62,990 bases of DNA, filler included, from Octopus bimaculoides (GCF_001194135.2; 7 parts of 7 records of this genome joined end to end with filler, not necessarily neighbours in it), one strand, 5' to 3'; positions 26,351 to 39,734 are shown, numbered from the whole stretch's first letter. The notes: a model not told the origin generated them from the sequence alone. A program made the numbers and translations.

Positions 26351-26637
26351 CTCAGAACCCTCAATTGCAGCATGTCTTAGCTGTTGGCCCTACAACCCCT
26401 ATTATATCCCCATTAATACCCCCATCAGCACAAATTGCTGACCAAGCTTACACAAGGCTAAGCAATCCATTAGAAACAGTAGTCAAATCACACTCAAATC
26501 CCACCACATTGTCTGTAAAAGAAACATTGGATGACTTTATCCTTGGTAGCCCATGGAAAGAATGCTTTGGTAATTGGTCAAGAATTTGCCAAAAAGTAGG
26601 GGACTGTGGCACAATTGGTTAGTGTAAGCATTTGTGG

Positions 26638-26845
26638 GGGACACATGGCTTAGTACTTAGGGTGTTGGACTCATGAGCATAAGATTGTGGTGTTCTTTCC
26701 TGGGTGGACAGCACATTGTGTTCTTGAGCAAAACTCTTCAGTCCACTCAATTGGCGAAAATGAGTAATCCTGCGAGAGACTGGCGTCCCGTCCAGGTGGG
26801 GAATACATACGCCATGAAACTATGAAACTGGCCCTTGTGACTCGG
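26638..26845 (+). mobile_element. Degenerate tRNA-headed SINE with a V-domain-like core
   Basis: GACACATGGCTTAGT..TTAGGGTG head and CCTGCGAGAGACTGGCGTCCCGTCCAGGTGG core; a similar head and tail flank the gap at 44744-44990. Confidence 0.5.
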
Positions 26846-27635
26846 GAAGGACCTTTGTTATATAGGGCGGAGAGCTGGCAGAATTGTTAGCACACCCGGA
26901 TTAATACTTAGCAGCATTTCATCCATCTTTACATTCTGAGTTCAAATTCCACTGAAGTCAATTTTGTCATTCATGCTTTTTATGTGCCTATGGCGGCACT
27001 GTCATCAGCCATGCTCAAATGGTACTTTTTACATGCCACCAGCACAGGTGCCAGTCAGGTGGCACTGGCATCGGCCTCGACTATGATTTCACTAGGTTCA
27101 ACAGGTGTTCACAAGCACAGCATTTCACCCAATGATTAAACGGTGCTTTTAAACAAGCAAGTTATGAGACACTGGCATTGGCCACAACTACAATCTCATT
27201 TGGCTTGCTGGGTCTTCTCAGGCACGACATATCTTCCAAGGTCTCGATCACTTGTCGTTGTCTTTGTGAGGCCCAATGTTTTGTAGGTCATGCTTCACCA
27301 CCTCATCCCATGTCTTCCTGCATTTACGTCTTCCTTAGGTTCCTTCAACTGTGAGGGTGTGACACTTCTTCACACAGCTGTCCTCATCTATACGCATATA
27401 TATATATATATATACACACACATATATATATACATACACATATGTGTATACACACATACACACATATACATACATACATACACATATGTATGCACACATA
27501 TGCACATATATATACATACATATGTATATATACATAAATATGGATGTATACATATGTGTGTGTTGTGAGAGACACACCCGTATACTGTCTGGTGTTTCAC
27601 TTCTTTCCTTCTTTTGTATTAGAGTCAACTAGTTA

Positions 27636-27735
27636 NNNNNNNNNNNNNNNNNNNNNNNNNNNNNNNNNNNNNNNNNNNNTTAATTAATTAANNNNNNNNN
27701 NNNNNNNNNNNNNNNNNNNNNNNNNNNNNNNNNNN
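27636..27735. other. Assembly pad N44-TTAATTAATTAA-N44
   Basis: Identical 100-bp pad. Confidence 0.9.
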
Positions 27736-28774
27736 AAATCTGTTTAAATGCAAGTGTCTGAGTAAATCTGTAACGGTTTGTTGTTGTTTCGCCACAGGTC
27801 AATTGTAACGGAGAAGAGCTATGATTAAAGGCATTCTGGACATGACTATTCCAACTTTTTAATAGATTTAAGGACAACAAGGGAGAGTCGAAAGTGAGCG
27901 CTCGGCTTGTTTGAAATAACAGTCAGATTTCCGCCGTATCACATCTACCGTCTTATAAATGGAAGGGCACGTTGAAGACGGAGGTGGGGGCGGGTGCTAT
28001 GTATCTAAGGAAAAAATAGAATAGGCACGGTTGGATTATCTTAGATCATCATAGGGTTGCTTGATTCGGACTGACCTAGGGTTAAACGTCACCAATGTCC
28101 TGTGAGTGTATCCGTCTTCCTTTTGTGTTTCTTTTGTATATTGCAGGTTGTTGATTTGAGGGAGATTTGGCTATTATTGCTAATAGGTCGAGATCACGGA
28201 GATGTTTCTGTATTGTAAGTTCGTGACAATCTGTTTGGAATTGGCCAAAACGAAATAACACAGTCGAAAGAAGAAAGAAAAACAAATCAATGAAAGAAAG
28301 AGGAAATGAAAAAGCGGTAGAGACGGATAATAAAAGTCAAGACAGTTTTTAAAATGAGCGATGGACCGTGAAGACACGTTGTTCTTATTCCTGTGTAAAC
28401 AATGGATTGCAATGGTAAGAAACACTTTATGTGACAGATGTTTAAAACGATAAAGTGCCTTACCCCTCAGTCTCTAAACTTGCGTTGTGTGCGTGTTTGT
28501 ATGAATGTGCGAACATTTACAGATATGTATATACGCATACAGACAGACGCACACATTGTTTGTATATATATATATATAGATAGATAGATGTTATTATAAG
28601 TGCAACATCAGTTAAGAGTGCTAAACACACCGTCGACCCACAGGAATGAGGCGATCTTTTTAAGATTACCTCACACACGCAGACAGGCACGCACAGACTC
28701 ACAGACAGAGGACTGCACACATTAAATAGAGCAAGTACCCTTATATGGGGCAACTACCCTCTTTTGAATATGAT

Positions 28775-28822
<48 letters not shown>

Positions 28823-29898
28823 GAGAAAAACACTCGTGCAGTATACAATATGTTTTGTGTGTATATGTTTGAATATTTGTATATGTAAATGTACGCGAAA
28901 GGACAACGTTAAAAGATATATAGAACTGGAACGGGTATTTAAAAAGAAAAAAAAGGAAAAGGAGACAATCCACATGCAAAATGATCATATAAATATGTAT
29001 GTATACACAGGTATACATAAGTGTGCACATGTGTATTCGTGGACAAACATATGTGAACGGAAGAAAGAGAGAGAGAAATATCATCCGAGAGTAAACGAAA
29101 ACAATTCACATGATTAAATGAAAATATTCGTAATAGAGGAAAATAAAGCAGATTGGAGAAGCCAGATGGATAGACAGATAGATAAATCGAAAGATAGACG
29201 GGGTCTACGTACCTGGGGGAGTATTTTGATGCTATTCCTTGTGCAATATTACTTCCATGGCAGCAGGAAGCAGTTTTCGGTAAAGTTGCAGCCAACCTGC
29301 TTACTACTGCAGGGAATTCCACAGATATAGAACTAGATTTGTCGCCGCATGAGTGTATAATTAATGTGTCTTTCTGCTTTTCCCCTATATGTGTTTATAA
29401 AATTCGTGTTGTGTGTATATATAATAAGTTTTAAGTGTTAGTATTTGCCCGAGAGGTCGTGTGTCTGCTTATGCGTTTTAACATACAGACAGACACGTTT
29501 TCATTCTCTCACCCTCTCTCTCCGTCTTTCTTGTTTATCTTCTCACTCTATCTGTCTCATGTTCCCTCCCTCTTCTCCGGTTTTCTTAATTGCATGCGCT
29601 CACACATACACATTCTCTCTCTCTATCTTTCTTTCTTTCTCACTCTTATTAGTTTATCCTCTTTCTTTTCTGTGCTTTATACTTTATCTCATGTTCCCGG
29701 TTTCTTTTTCACACTCTCTCTCTTTCGCTTTCTTAATTGTTTACTATGTATAATTGCCCGAGTACTCTCCCTACTTTGTTCGCTCTTTATATCTTAATTC
29801 TGTACTTTCACTCCTCTCGCTGTTTTTACTTTCGCCCTCTATGTTTCTTTCAGTTCTTTTTTATATTTTAAATCTACCTAACTGTTGTTTCAATTTAA

Positions 29899-29930
<32 letters not shown>

Positions 29931-30241
29931 CTTCTTTGCAGCAAGTTCCCGGCACCAACTGTTGACGTTAGTCACCCTCTCAAATATGGATGCCCTAAAG
30001 TGGTTGAAACAGTCACCACCCCTAAAAATATTACCGTTATTTCAAACCAATGAGGGAACCTCTACACGATCGTTCTGCTCGCTAGAAATAACAGCCAAAT
30101 CACTTTGCAATCACTTACTCCCGACTTATAAAACAATGAAGGATTATTGAATAATATATAGGCCTAAGTCCTAGAATCGCTGTCAGAAAGAAAATAAATG
30201 GGACGATAAATGCTTAATAAGGGCTCGTCTGGCACTAAATG

Positions 30242-30375
30242 TTTTCAAATTTTGGCACAAGGCCAGTAATTTTAAGGCGGGGGGGGGGTAGTCGATTACC
30301 TCGACCTCAGTCTTCAATTGGTACTTATTTTATCGACCCAAAAAAAGATGAAAGGCAAAGTCGACCACGGCGGAG
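30242..30375 (-). mobile_element. SINE family A, 3' part
   Basis: GGCACAAGGCC...GTCGATTACCTCGACC...GGTACTTATTTTATCGACC...AAAGGCAAAGTCGACC. Confidence 0.75.
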
Positions 30376-32397
30376 ACACGAATATGATCGCTATTTCGCG
30401 TTCTCTTTATACAGAGGATTTACACATTTTCCGTCTTTTATCCACGAATTAAAAGACTCTTGTACTTATAGAGGTGCGTATTTTTTTTTTGCTTTTTAGT
30501 TATGGTACCGTAGATTGTGTTGCTCTATCTCCTCTCTCCTTCCTTAGACATATTAATACATGTGTTTGCGAGCGAGGCAAAGGAGCCTCTACATAACTTA
30601 ATCAACTAAAAATAGTAACCAAATTCTCTCAAATCACACCTTATTGTCTTAAGAGAGAGAGAAAGAGTGAGATAGAGAGGGAGGGATGGAGAGAGAGTGA
30701 GCAGGGGATGGAGAGAGAGTGAGCAGAGAATAGAGTCGTGGATGAATGTAGTTTGCCTTAAAAATAAATAAAAAAAAAAGGTGGGATGGTCACAGATTCT
30801 ATATATTTGATCATAGGTTTGTTTGTTCAATCCTCATTCAGGATTGACCTGCGGTTAAACAACAACACGTGCGTGAATGCGTATGTCGGGGTGTATATGA
30901 ATAGCAGAGGAGGGACTGATAATATAACAAGTATAAGAATAGATTCAATGATGAAGCGTCTTCCCAGTTGCTCGAAATGCTAAAAATAGCAGCCAAGTCT
31001 CGCTCAAACAAAACCCCAGTCTTAGAAAATACGGAGCCAGTTTATAATGTGGTCTTGAATGTACAGTACCTACGAGAAAGACGGGATTGTCATTATTGGA
31101 ATGCCGTTGATCGTAGGTCTTCTCGTTCAGTTACTGTCCTGGGGCTAAACATCATAGTTTATATATATACACTGATATGCATTCATGTGTGCGTGTGCGT
31201 AACTGCATACATGTGCATACTCGTTGAAAGTGACGGAAACAAGATCAATGACTGCTACAGTTGCTGCTGTTGTGCAGTTGTGCAGTTGCACTTGCTGCTA
31301 TTGCTGCTACTATCGATGTGACGGAAGCGAAACAACCATCTTCACTGCAACATCTGGTGACAACAACAAGCAGCCTGTATGTGGATGCGCCCAACCTGCT
31401 AGAAATAGCATCCAAATATATGTCCCAGAAGTTACACCCTATCAATGTTACGCAAACGAAACACGTGCCCCATTGTAACGTTGAGTCTCAATAAAGACCC
31501 TATATATGATCGCTCAACCTACAAGAAATAGCAGTTAAATATCCCACAGATTATACCTATGTTATACGAAAACAAAAATATCAGACCAATTGCCAAAATC
31601 TGTTGACAATGGGGAAGTCTCTTTGTGGAGACCCAGCTTGCGAAAACTAACAGTCAAATATTCCACGTAGCCCTTTCTAATATCTGGTGATAACATGGAG
31701 TTTTTAAGTAGTTGCTCGTGTTGCGAGAAATTACAGCGAAACAATTGCTCTAATTATGTCCTACAAGTGTTACAGAAACGAAGCGCGTACCTCATTGTAA
31801 CATCTTGTGACATCTGGAAGCTTCTAGATGGACGCTCGACACGCTAAAAATAACAGCTACATGTACCTCAAAATCACACGATTTTTACCTTAATAAAGAA
31901 TTAAAAAGTGTAAACCATTGGATAAGGCATTCATGTGTGTGTGTGTGTGTGTGTGTGCGTGTGTGCGTTATCTTTTACTTGTCTCAGTCCATAGACTGTG
32001 ACCACACTGGGGTACTGCCATGAAGCGACTCCAGGAAGTCTTTCTTATTTTTTTTTTTTTAAGTTGATACTTATTCTATCGGTTGCTTTTTGCTGAACTG
32101 CTAAGTTACGGGGACATACACTGGTTGTCAAGCGATGGCAGGGAACAGAGCCACAAAGACACATCATCACCATCATCATCATGATCATGAGTTAAATGGT
32201 TTGACGTTAGCTGGTAGGCTGGAGAGCTGCACTAGGCTTCAGTCGTCTGCTTTGGTTCGGCTTCTACAGCTGAATGCCCTTCCTAATGCCAACAATATTA
32301 CAGAGTGTACTGGGTGTTTTTAAATGTCTCCGGCATGGATACCTTTAATATGTTACTGGCATAATGACAGATGTCTTTCAGTTTCTATCAACTAAAT

Positions 32398-32753
32398 CCA
32401 TTCACAAAGCTTTGGTTGGCTCAAGTTGAAGACACTTGCCCAAGATGCTACGCAGTGAGACAGAACCCAGAACCATGTAGTTTGGAAGCAAGCTTCTTAT
32501 TTCTTTATTGCCCACAAGGGGCTAAAGATAGAGGGGACAAACAAGGACAGACCTAGGGTTTAAGTCGATTATATCGACCCCAGCGCATAGCTGGTACTTA
32601 ATTTATCGACCCTGAAAGGATGAAAGGCAAAGTCAACCTCGGCGGAATTTGAACTCAGAACGTAACGGCAGATGAAATACCACTAAGCATTTCGCCCAGC
32701 GTGCTAATGTCTCTGCCAGCTCGCTGCTCTTACCACACAGCCACACCTGCACC
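32398..32753 (-). mobile_element. Family B SINE interrupted by a family A-type SINE (insert 32500-32727)
   Basis: The family B head GGAAGCAAGCTTCTTA|CCACACAGCC is split; TCTTA is duplicated at 32495-99 and 32728-32. Confidence 0.75.
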
Positions 32754-33039
32754 TTCCTTCAGGTATAGTGAAACTAAAGAGCTGCTGTTGGAAATCAATA
32801 TACATATGCTTCAGAATAAAGTGAGTGCAGAGTGCAATATTAACTGAATGACAAGGGAATATGGATTATGTAATCAACTTCATTAGCTTACAGTGTTTCT
32901 GCTAAAAGATGTAGGGCATTCAGAGCTGAAAGCTTGTTGTGCATCACCATATAGCTCCTCAGGCCCTCGAAAATGAAGAACACTGCAGAAACAACTGTAA
33001 GCTACTGTAGTTCATTATGTGATTCCTGTTGAAGGAAGC

Positions 33040-34550
33040 CAGCTGGCAGAATCATTAGCATGCTGGACGAATTGCTTAGTGTCACTTAGCATTTTGCCTG
33101 GCATGCTAACAATTCCATCCGTTTGCTGCCTTAATTCCTACACAAATATTGATTTGAAATTTTGGCACATGGCCAGCAAGTTTGAGGGAGGGAGCTAGTT
33201 GATTACATCGGCCCCAGTATTCAACTGGTACTTATTTTATCGACCCCCCCCCCCCAAAGGATGAAGGGCAAAGTCGACCTCAGCAGAATTTGAACTCAAA
33301 ATGTAAAGATGGACGAAATGACGCTAAGCATTTTGCCTGGCACACTACCAATTCCACCAGCTCACTGCTTTAATTCCTATGCAAATATTGATTTAAAATG
33401 TTGACATAAGGCCAGCAAGTTTGCAGGGAGGGGGCTAAGTTGATTACATTGGCCCCAGTGTGTAACTGGTACTTATTTTATTGACCTTGAAAAGATGGAA
33501 TGCACAGTTGACCTCGGCAACTACAAATATTACAGTCATTTTGATATCTTTAAATTCATTATTAATACTCTGTTATCATTTCTGTTGTGGAAAATAATTT
33601 CAGGATTATCATTATGTGTCAGCATTGGTCTCTCTGTATCTTACAGTTTAAACTGAATCTCTGCATTGCCACTTTCAAAAGCAGTTTGTCTGCTTTCCAT
33701 GCTAGCATGGAAAGCGGATGTTAAACGATGATGATGATGCTGATGATTTATTTGCTAAGGTAGCAAGTTGGCAGAATTGTTAGCACATTGGGCAAAATGC
33801 TAAATAGCTTTTCATCCATCTCTACATTCCTCCTCCTCATCATCTTTGTTTAACATCTGCCTTCCATGCTGGCATGGGTTGGACGGTTTGACAGGAGCTG
33901 GCCAGGCAGAAGACTGCACCAGACTCCTGTGTCTGTTTTGGCATGGTTTTTACAGCTGGATGCCCTTTCAAATTCTTCCAAACTTGACTTTGCCTTTCCT
34001 CCTTTTGGGGTCAATAAAATAAGTACCAGTTGAGCACTGGGGTCAATGCAATCGACTTAGCTCCCTCCCACCGAAATTTGAAGCCATTATTATTATTATC
34101 ATTATTAGATGGCAGAAGCGTTAGCACGCTAGGCAAAATGTTTAGTGGCATTTTGTCTGTCTTTACATTCTGAGTTCAAATTCTGTTGAGGTCATCTTTG
34201 CCTCTCATCCTTTTGGGGTCTATGAAACAAGTACCAGTTGAACAGTGGGGTTGATATCATCAACTTAAGCCTTGTCCCCAAATTTCAGGCCTTGTGTCTA
34301 TAGTAGAAAGTATTATTATTATTATCATTATCTGGTAGAATCATTAGCATGCTGAACATTAGAATCATTAGCATGCTTGGCAGCATTTAGTCTATTTTTA
34401 CATCCTGAGTTCGAATTATGCCAAGGTTTACAATATCCTTCATTTTTTTCAGGGTCCATGAAATAAATACCAGTCGAGCATTGGGGTAGATGTAATTGAG
34501 TAAACCCCTTTCCCCAGAATTTCAGACCTTGTGCCTATTAAAGAAAGCAT
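33040..34550. mobile_element. Cluster of at least seven whole or partial family A SINEs in both orientations
   Basis: Plus copies near 33040, 33757, 33965, 34105 and 34335; minus copies at 33145-33368 and 33385-33520; interleaved with an RTE-tail-like repeat (33690-33740, 33850-33967). Confidence 0.75.
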
Positions 34551-34897
34551 TATTATTTTTATTATCATTATTATTATTATTATTATTCAGTAGTCTTATC
34601 TTTATAACGTGCTTTCACTGCACTACTGAGCACAGCTCTGTGTGCCTTGGGTATGTGCTGTGGTTTGTTGTGATGCTCTTGTTGTTACTGTATTGAAAAT
34701 GTTTTACATAGGATGTATGCAGTTCCTAGTAGTGCTATTTTCTGTATGTTATATATATTTGTTAGTCCTGGTATTTTTGTTATATATTCTGTTATGTATT
34801 TGTAGTGAAACTACCATTGCCATTATATACAAACAAGTCATCTTCCCCACTGTTATAAATATATTCAAGTTCGGGCGTAGTAGAGAGCAGTCTACTG

Positions 34898-35858
34898 TAT
34901 CCATCACGTGACTGATTATTATTTGAAGCGGCAACTGCTTTGTACCGTTCCCGCCAGAACGCAAATCAACCAATCACAGCCCCTAATAAGGTCACGTGAT
35001 AGTGTTTTTCTAATGCCTCTCTGGAGCCCCTATTTTGTTATAAATAGACTAAATTATACCGGGCAAATTCGTCGCGGTTCAGATCTCTTAGAGACCTGTT
35101 CCATGTACCACACAGAGCAGCAGCAGCAGTTCCAGCGAAAACATCAACAGCTTCGTACAACTAGGACTACCAGCATCAACACGACTCTATGACTACCACC
35201 ATCAACACGACTCTATGACTACCACCAGCGTTCCCCCAACAGCGTCAACATGACTTCTACATACACAAGCTAACCAAACTACCGTGGCATTTCTCTTCGA
35301 TTCTGTTTGTGTGATTCATCTTCACCACGATACATAATAGACAAGAGCCCAGCCTGCGAAGAACATCTGTACTCAAGAACCCGGCCTGGCATAGAAGTCA
35401 CAACAACACAACTAGTGATCGCTCTGCCCCACACGCCTTAACTTCTTATACAGACACTTACCACTGTGTACTCTAAGAACTGGTACCTTAAATTCTTATA
35501 CATGTTACTGACTCTTTTTCTATCCGCTGTAACTCTTACATACACATACATGTATCACTCGCACACACACTTTTCTTTACTTGACGGCCTGTCTTTTATT
35601 GTGTTTTCATTATGTCGCATTCGCTCACACACAGACACACATTTTAATGCTATAATAAATTCTACTGTTATTCATCTCTATCGGTTGTGTTCTATCTTGT
35701 ATCTTACTGGCATTTACGAATTCTCTATGTTATCGAAGTATAACATATATATATCATTTGATATAATTTTGTGTTCGACCGTGTGACGCGTTTAAGAAAG
35801 GAGCCCTGTTTTCCATTCGTCACCATTTCTCCTTTTGGTTCGCACAGTCGTTCTTACA
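34898..35858 (+). mobile_element. Putative solo LTR
   Basis: Ordered CCAAT (34970), CACGTG (34993), TATAAATA (35039) and AATAAA (35654); ends in ...TTACA. No TSD or partner LTR found. Confidence 0.4.
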
Positions 35859-35868
35859 TATTTATCTA

Positions 35869-35913
<45 letters not shown>

Positions 35914-36012
35914 CTTCTTCTTCTTCTTCTTCTTCTTCTTCTTCTTCTTCTTCTTCTTCTTCTTCTTCTTCTTCTTCTTCTTCTTCTTCTTCTTCTTCTT
36001 CTTCTTCTTCTT

Positions 36013-36042
<30 letters not shown>
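35869..36042. repeat. (TAA)n followed by (TTC)n microsatellite
   Basis: Perfect runs. Confidence 0.95.
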
Positions 36043-36043
<1 letters not shown>

Positions 36044-36317
36044 GAGGATGCTGTCAGGCTCTCACCACTCTTTACCAGTTGGGCAATGTAGTCAGCTCTA
36101 TATTAGCAATACACAGAGAACAAGTGTGTGGTTAGAGCAATGATGTTCTCAGATAAAACTCTGGGCATTGATGAGGATGAACTAGCTGGTCTGTTTTGGA
36201 GGGCTTTTAAACCAGGTACTATGGTGGATAACTTCCAGAAATCCCTGGCCTGACAGTTCTACCAATGGGCATTGCTGGTTCAAGATAAACTCTACAGGCA
36301 GGAGTGCCCAATATGTA

Positions 36318-36533
36318 TGAGGGAGTGCAGAAAAGTTCCTGGCTTTAGGTAACAGAAAATACAAGGGAATCAGTTAATTATGATTTTATTCAACATATTC
36401 CCCTCTCAGATTCACACACTAACTGTAGCAGTCCTTCAGTTTTTCTAAGCCCTGCAAAAGAACTCAGAAAGTTGGGCCTCCAACCAGGCCTTTCACGATA
36501 TCCTTAAAGCCAGGAACTTTTCAGCACCCCCAT
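36318..36533. mobile_element. Mariner-derived MITE (about 216 bp)
   Basis: TIRs TGAGGGAGTGCAGAAAAGTTCCTGGCTTTA and TAAAGCCAGGAACTTTTCAGCACCCCCAT; TA flanks at 36316-17 and 36534-35. Confidence 0.75.
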
Positions 36534-37659
36534 TATATGCAGAGCAATGAAAATAAACTGCATGCTCTCATGTAGTACTCAAACCTTGCTGACTTGTGGA
36601 GTTATGCTGAACAGCTGTTGTTGCATGTGGGATGAACCCAGCTGTCAGCCAAGTCTATTGCAAAGATAAGAATTTCCCTACCATCTTCTTTAAATGAGGC
36701 AGGGCTGTCAGTGTTGCTCTGTTTGGTGGTTGCTAAGATGGAAGAGGTTCTGTGGTGGATGAGGCTGAAAGGAATGAGTAAAGACACCTTCCACTTTGGT
36801 CAAGCACTCATCAGCATTTTTAGGATTGAATTGGGAAGAAAAGTGAGGATAGAGAGGAAAGAACTCTCTCCCGGCAAATTTGTGGAAAGGAAGGTCACCG
36901 TAGCAAAAAAACAAAAAACAAACAAATGGTGGGTCACCACCAACAACAATACACAGACATACACATACACACATACATACATGCACAAAATATACACAAA
37001 CACACAAACACAAACAAACACACACACACATACTCACACTCAAACACATGCACAAAAACATATATACATCATCATCGTCATCATCATTAAATGCCTGATT
37101 CCAGGCTGGTATGGTTTGGACAGTTTGACAGGAGTTGGCAAGCCAGAAGACTGCACCAGTCCCACTGTCTGTTTTGGCATAGTTTTTCCAGCTGGATGCC
37201 CTTCCTAATGCCGACCTTCCCTATATATATGCCTATAGATTGGAGAACAACTATTGGATGAGGGCTTGAGACTTTGGTTGTCTGGGTGACCCTAAGTCTG
37301 TAGGGTTTCATGATTGGCTCGGGTCTTCCTCCTCATAATGTTACTCCAATGGAATTCTTTCCCAGTGCCTATTTCCTGCAGTTACCAATTTACAACAGTA
37401 TAAGCAAAACATTGACCATTTCAGTATAACTGGGCTTGGAAAGACCCTTGAAAACCATGGCACCTCATTTCCCCTCAATAAACAACCAAGCTAATGTAAA
37501 AAAGAAAATAAGGAGGGGTAAGTTGGATAATGTAGTCTTAGATAAATAAGAAAAGTAAGATGGGATGGTCACATCAGGAACACCATTCAGGAAGAATGGC
37601 CTAATGCCAAACAGCACCAGTAACACTGCGTTGACCACCACTGCTTCTTGTTCCACTTC

Positions 37660-38759
37660 TATGACCACCACCACCATCACCACCACCACCACAATCACCA
37701 CTACCACGACCACAATGATGATGACGACGATGACTACCACCACCACCACCACCACCACCATAACTACCACGACCACAGCCATGACCACGACCTTGACGAC
37801 GACGACCACCACCACCACCACAACCNNNNNNNNNNNNNNNNNNNNNNNNNNNNNNNNNNNNNNNNNNNNNNNNNNNNNNNNNNNNNNNNNNNNNNNNNNN
37901 NNNNNNNNNNNNNNNNNNNNNNNNNNNNNNNNNNNNNNNNNNNNNNNNNNNNNNNNNNNNNNNNNNNNNNNNNNNNNNNNNNNNNNNNNNNNNNNNNNNN
38001 NNNNNNNNNNNNNNNNNNNNNNNNNNNNNNNNNNNNNNNNNNNNNNNNNNNNNNNNNNNNNNNNNNNNNNNNNNNNNNNNNNNNNNNNNNNNNNNNNNNN
38101 NNNNNNNNNNNNNNNNNNNNNNTACCACGACCACAATGATGATGACGACGATGACTACCACCACCACCACCACCACCACCGCCACTACTACTACTACTAC
38201 TACTACCAACACCACTGTCGACCACCACTACCACCACCAACACCACCCGATCAATATCAAAACCATCATTGCTGTTACCCCCCCCCCACTACAATCATCA
38301 CAACCACCAGTCACCATCACCACAGCCACTGTCATCACCCTTGCTGCTGCAATACGAAATGCACAAATGGCAGCATCAAGTGCTGCAGCAACAGCTTGGC
38401 ACTGTTCTCTGTCTTTCGTGCTGTGCCAAATGGGTTGGTGACACTCTTGGGAGAATGGAACAAAACCAACAATTAACATAGAACTATTGGAGACGACATT
38501 GGAACAGTGCTGTTGTAGGGTCTTCATGTTTCATTCAACTCCTAATCGATGCATGGAAAGGTTATAGGCAACATCGTCATTGTCTCATCATCACCATCAT
38601 CGTCATCATCACCATCATCGTCATCATCACCATCATCATCATCACCATCATCATCATCACCAACAGCAGTAGCTGCAGCTGTAGTATCACCATCAACACT
38701 GCTACCGCCTCTACCATCCTCATCCTCATTCTCTTCATCGCCATGACCACCACCATCAT

Positions 38760-38811
<52 letters not shown>

Positions 38812-38870
38812 TTCCTCATCTTCCTCATCTTCTTCATTGTAGTTGTCACTGTCATCATCAACACCATCCC
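37660..38870. repeat. Mixed (CAC/CAT/GAC/TAC)n trinucleotide tracts spanning a gap
   Basis: Low complexity; source of poly-T/H/V pseudo-ORFs. Confidence 0.9.
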
Positions 38871-39340
38871 TTTGTTGAACAGATATCTTACCAGCTCAGT
38901 AACTCAGTAACTCACCCCTTGTGCTAATCCCTTTTCATCTCCTTTGTAAGATTCAGCCTCCTGAGATCAGTCTTCATGAATTCTTCCCAAGCCAAGTGAT
39001 ATCATAGTCATGGCTGATGTTAGTGTCATGTGACTGGCACCCATACCAATGGCACGTAAAGAGCACTATTGGAGCATTGGGCCTCACGGAGGCAAAGTGG
39101 CCGAGTTCCTTTTGAACGTTGGGCCTCATGGGGACAAAGTTGCTAAGCACGGTTACTCTTTGCAAATGTTTAATATAATGGCACCTGGAATGAAAAAAGA
39201 GTAATTACCTTGTAAATTTACACCACTGAAAACATATTAAGACACTTAGATAAGAAATTTTGAAAATTAAAGGTGTCTATTTACTTCCAGTATGTATGTA
39301 TGTATGTATGTATGTATGTATGTATATATATATATATATA

Positions 39341-39440
39341 NNNNNNNNNNNNNNNNNNNNNNNNNNNNNNNNNNNNNNNNNNNNTTAATTAATTAANNNN
39401 NNNNNNNNNNNNNNNNNNNNNNNNNNNNNNNNNNNNNNNN
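39341..39440. other. Assembly pad N44-TTAATTAATTAA-N44
   Basis: Identical 100-bp pad. Confidence 0.9.
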
Positions 39441-39700
39441 CCGTTCCGTAGATTTTGAAACCGTAGAGTAAATACGCAAGTGTGTCTTTTCCCCATCCAT
39501 TTCGTTATTTTTTGGTTTCTATGGTTAGTCACACCGGTACGATTTTGAGAAATTTGGGGTATTTGGTTTGGGTATACAGTATTGTGGTGACCTGTAGGAT
39601 ATTCCTGCTTCAGAGTTTACACGATTGAGTTGGTGCCTGAAATTTATAATATGCTGTTTCGTCTCTAACTCTTCCTGTCACTATACCCCCTTCTCTCTCC

Positions 39701-39734
<34 letters not shown>

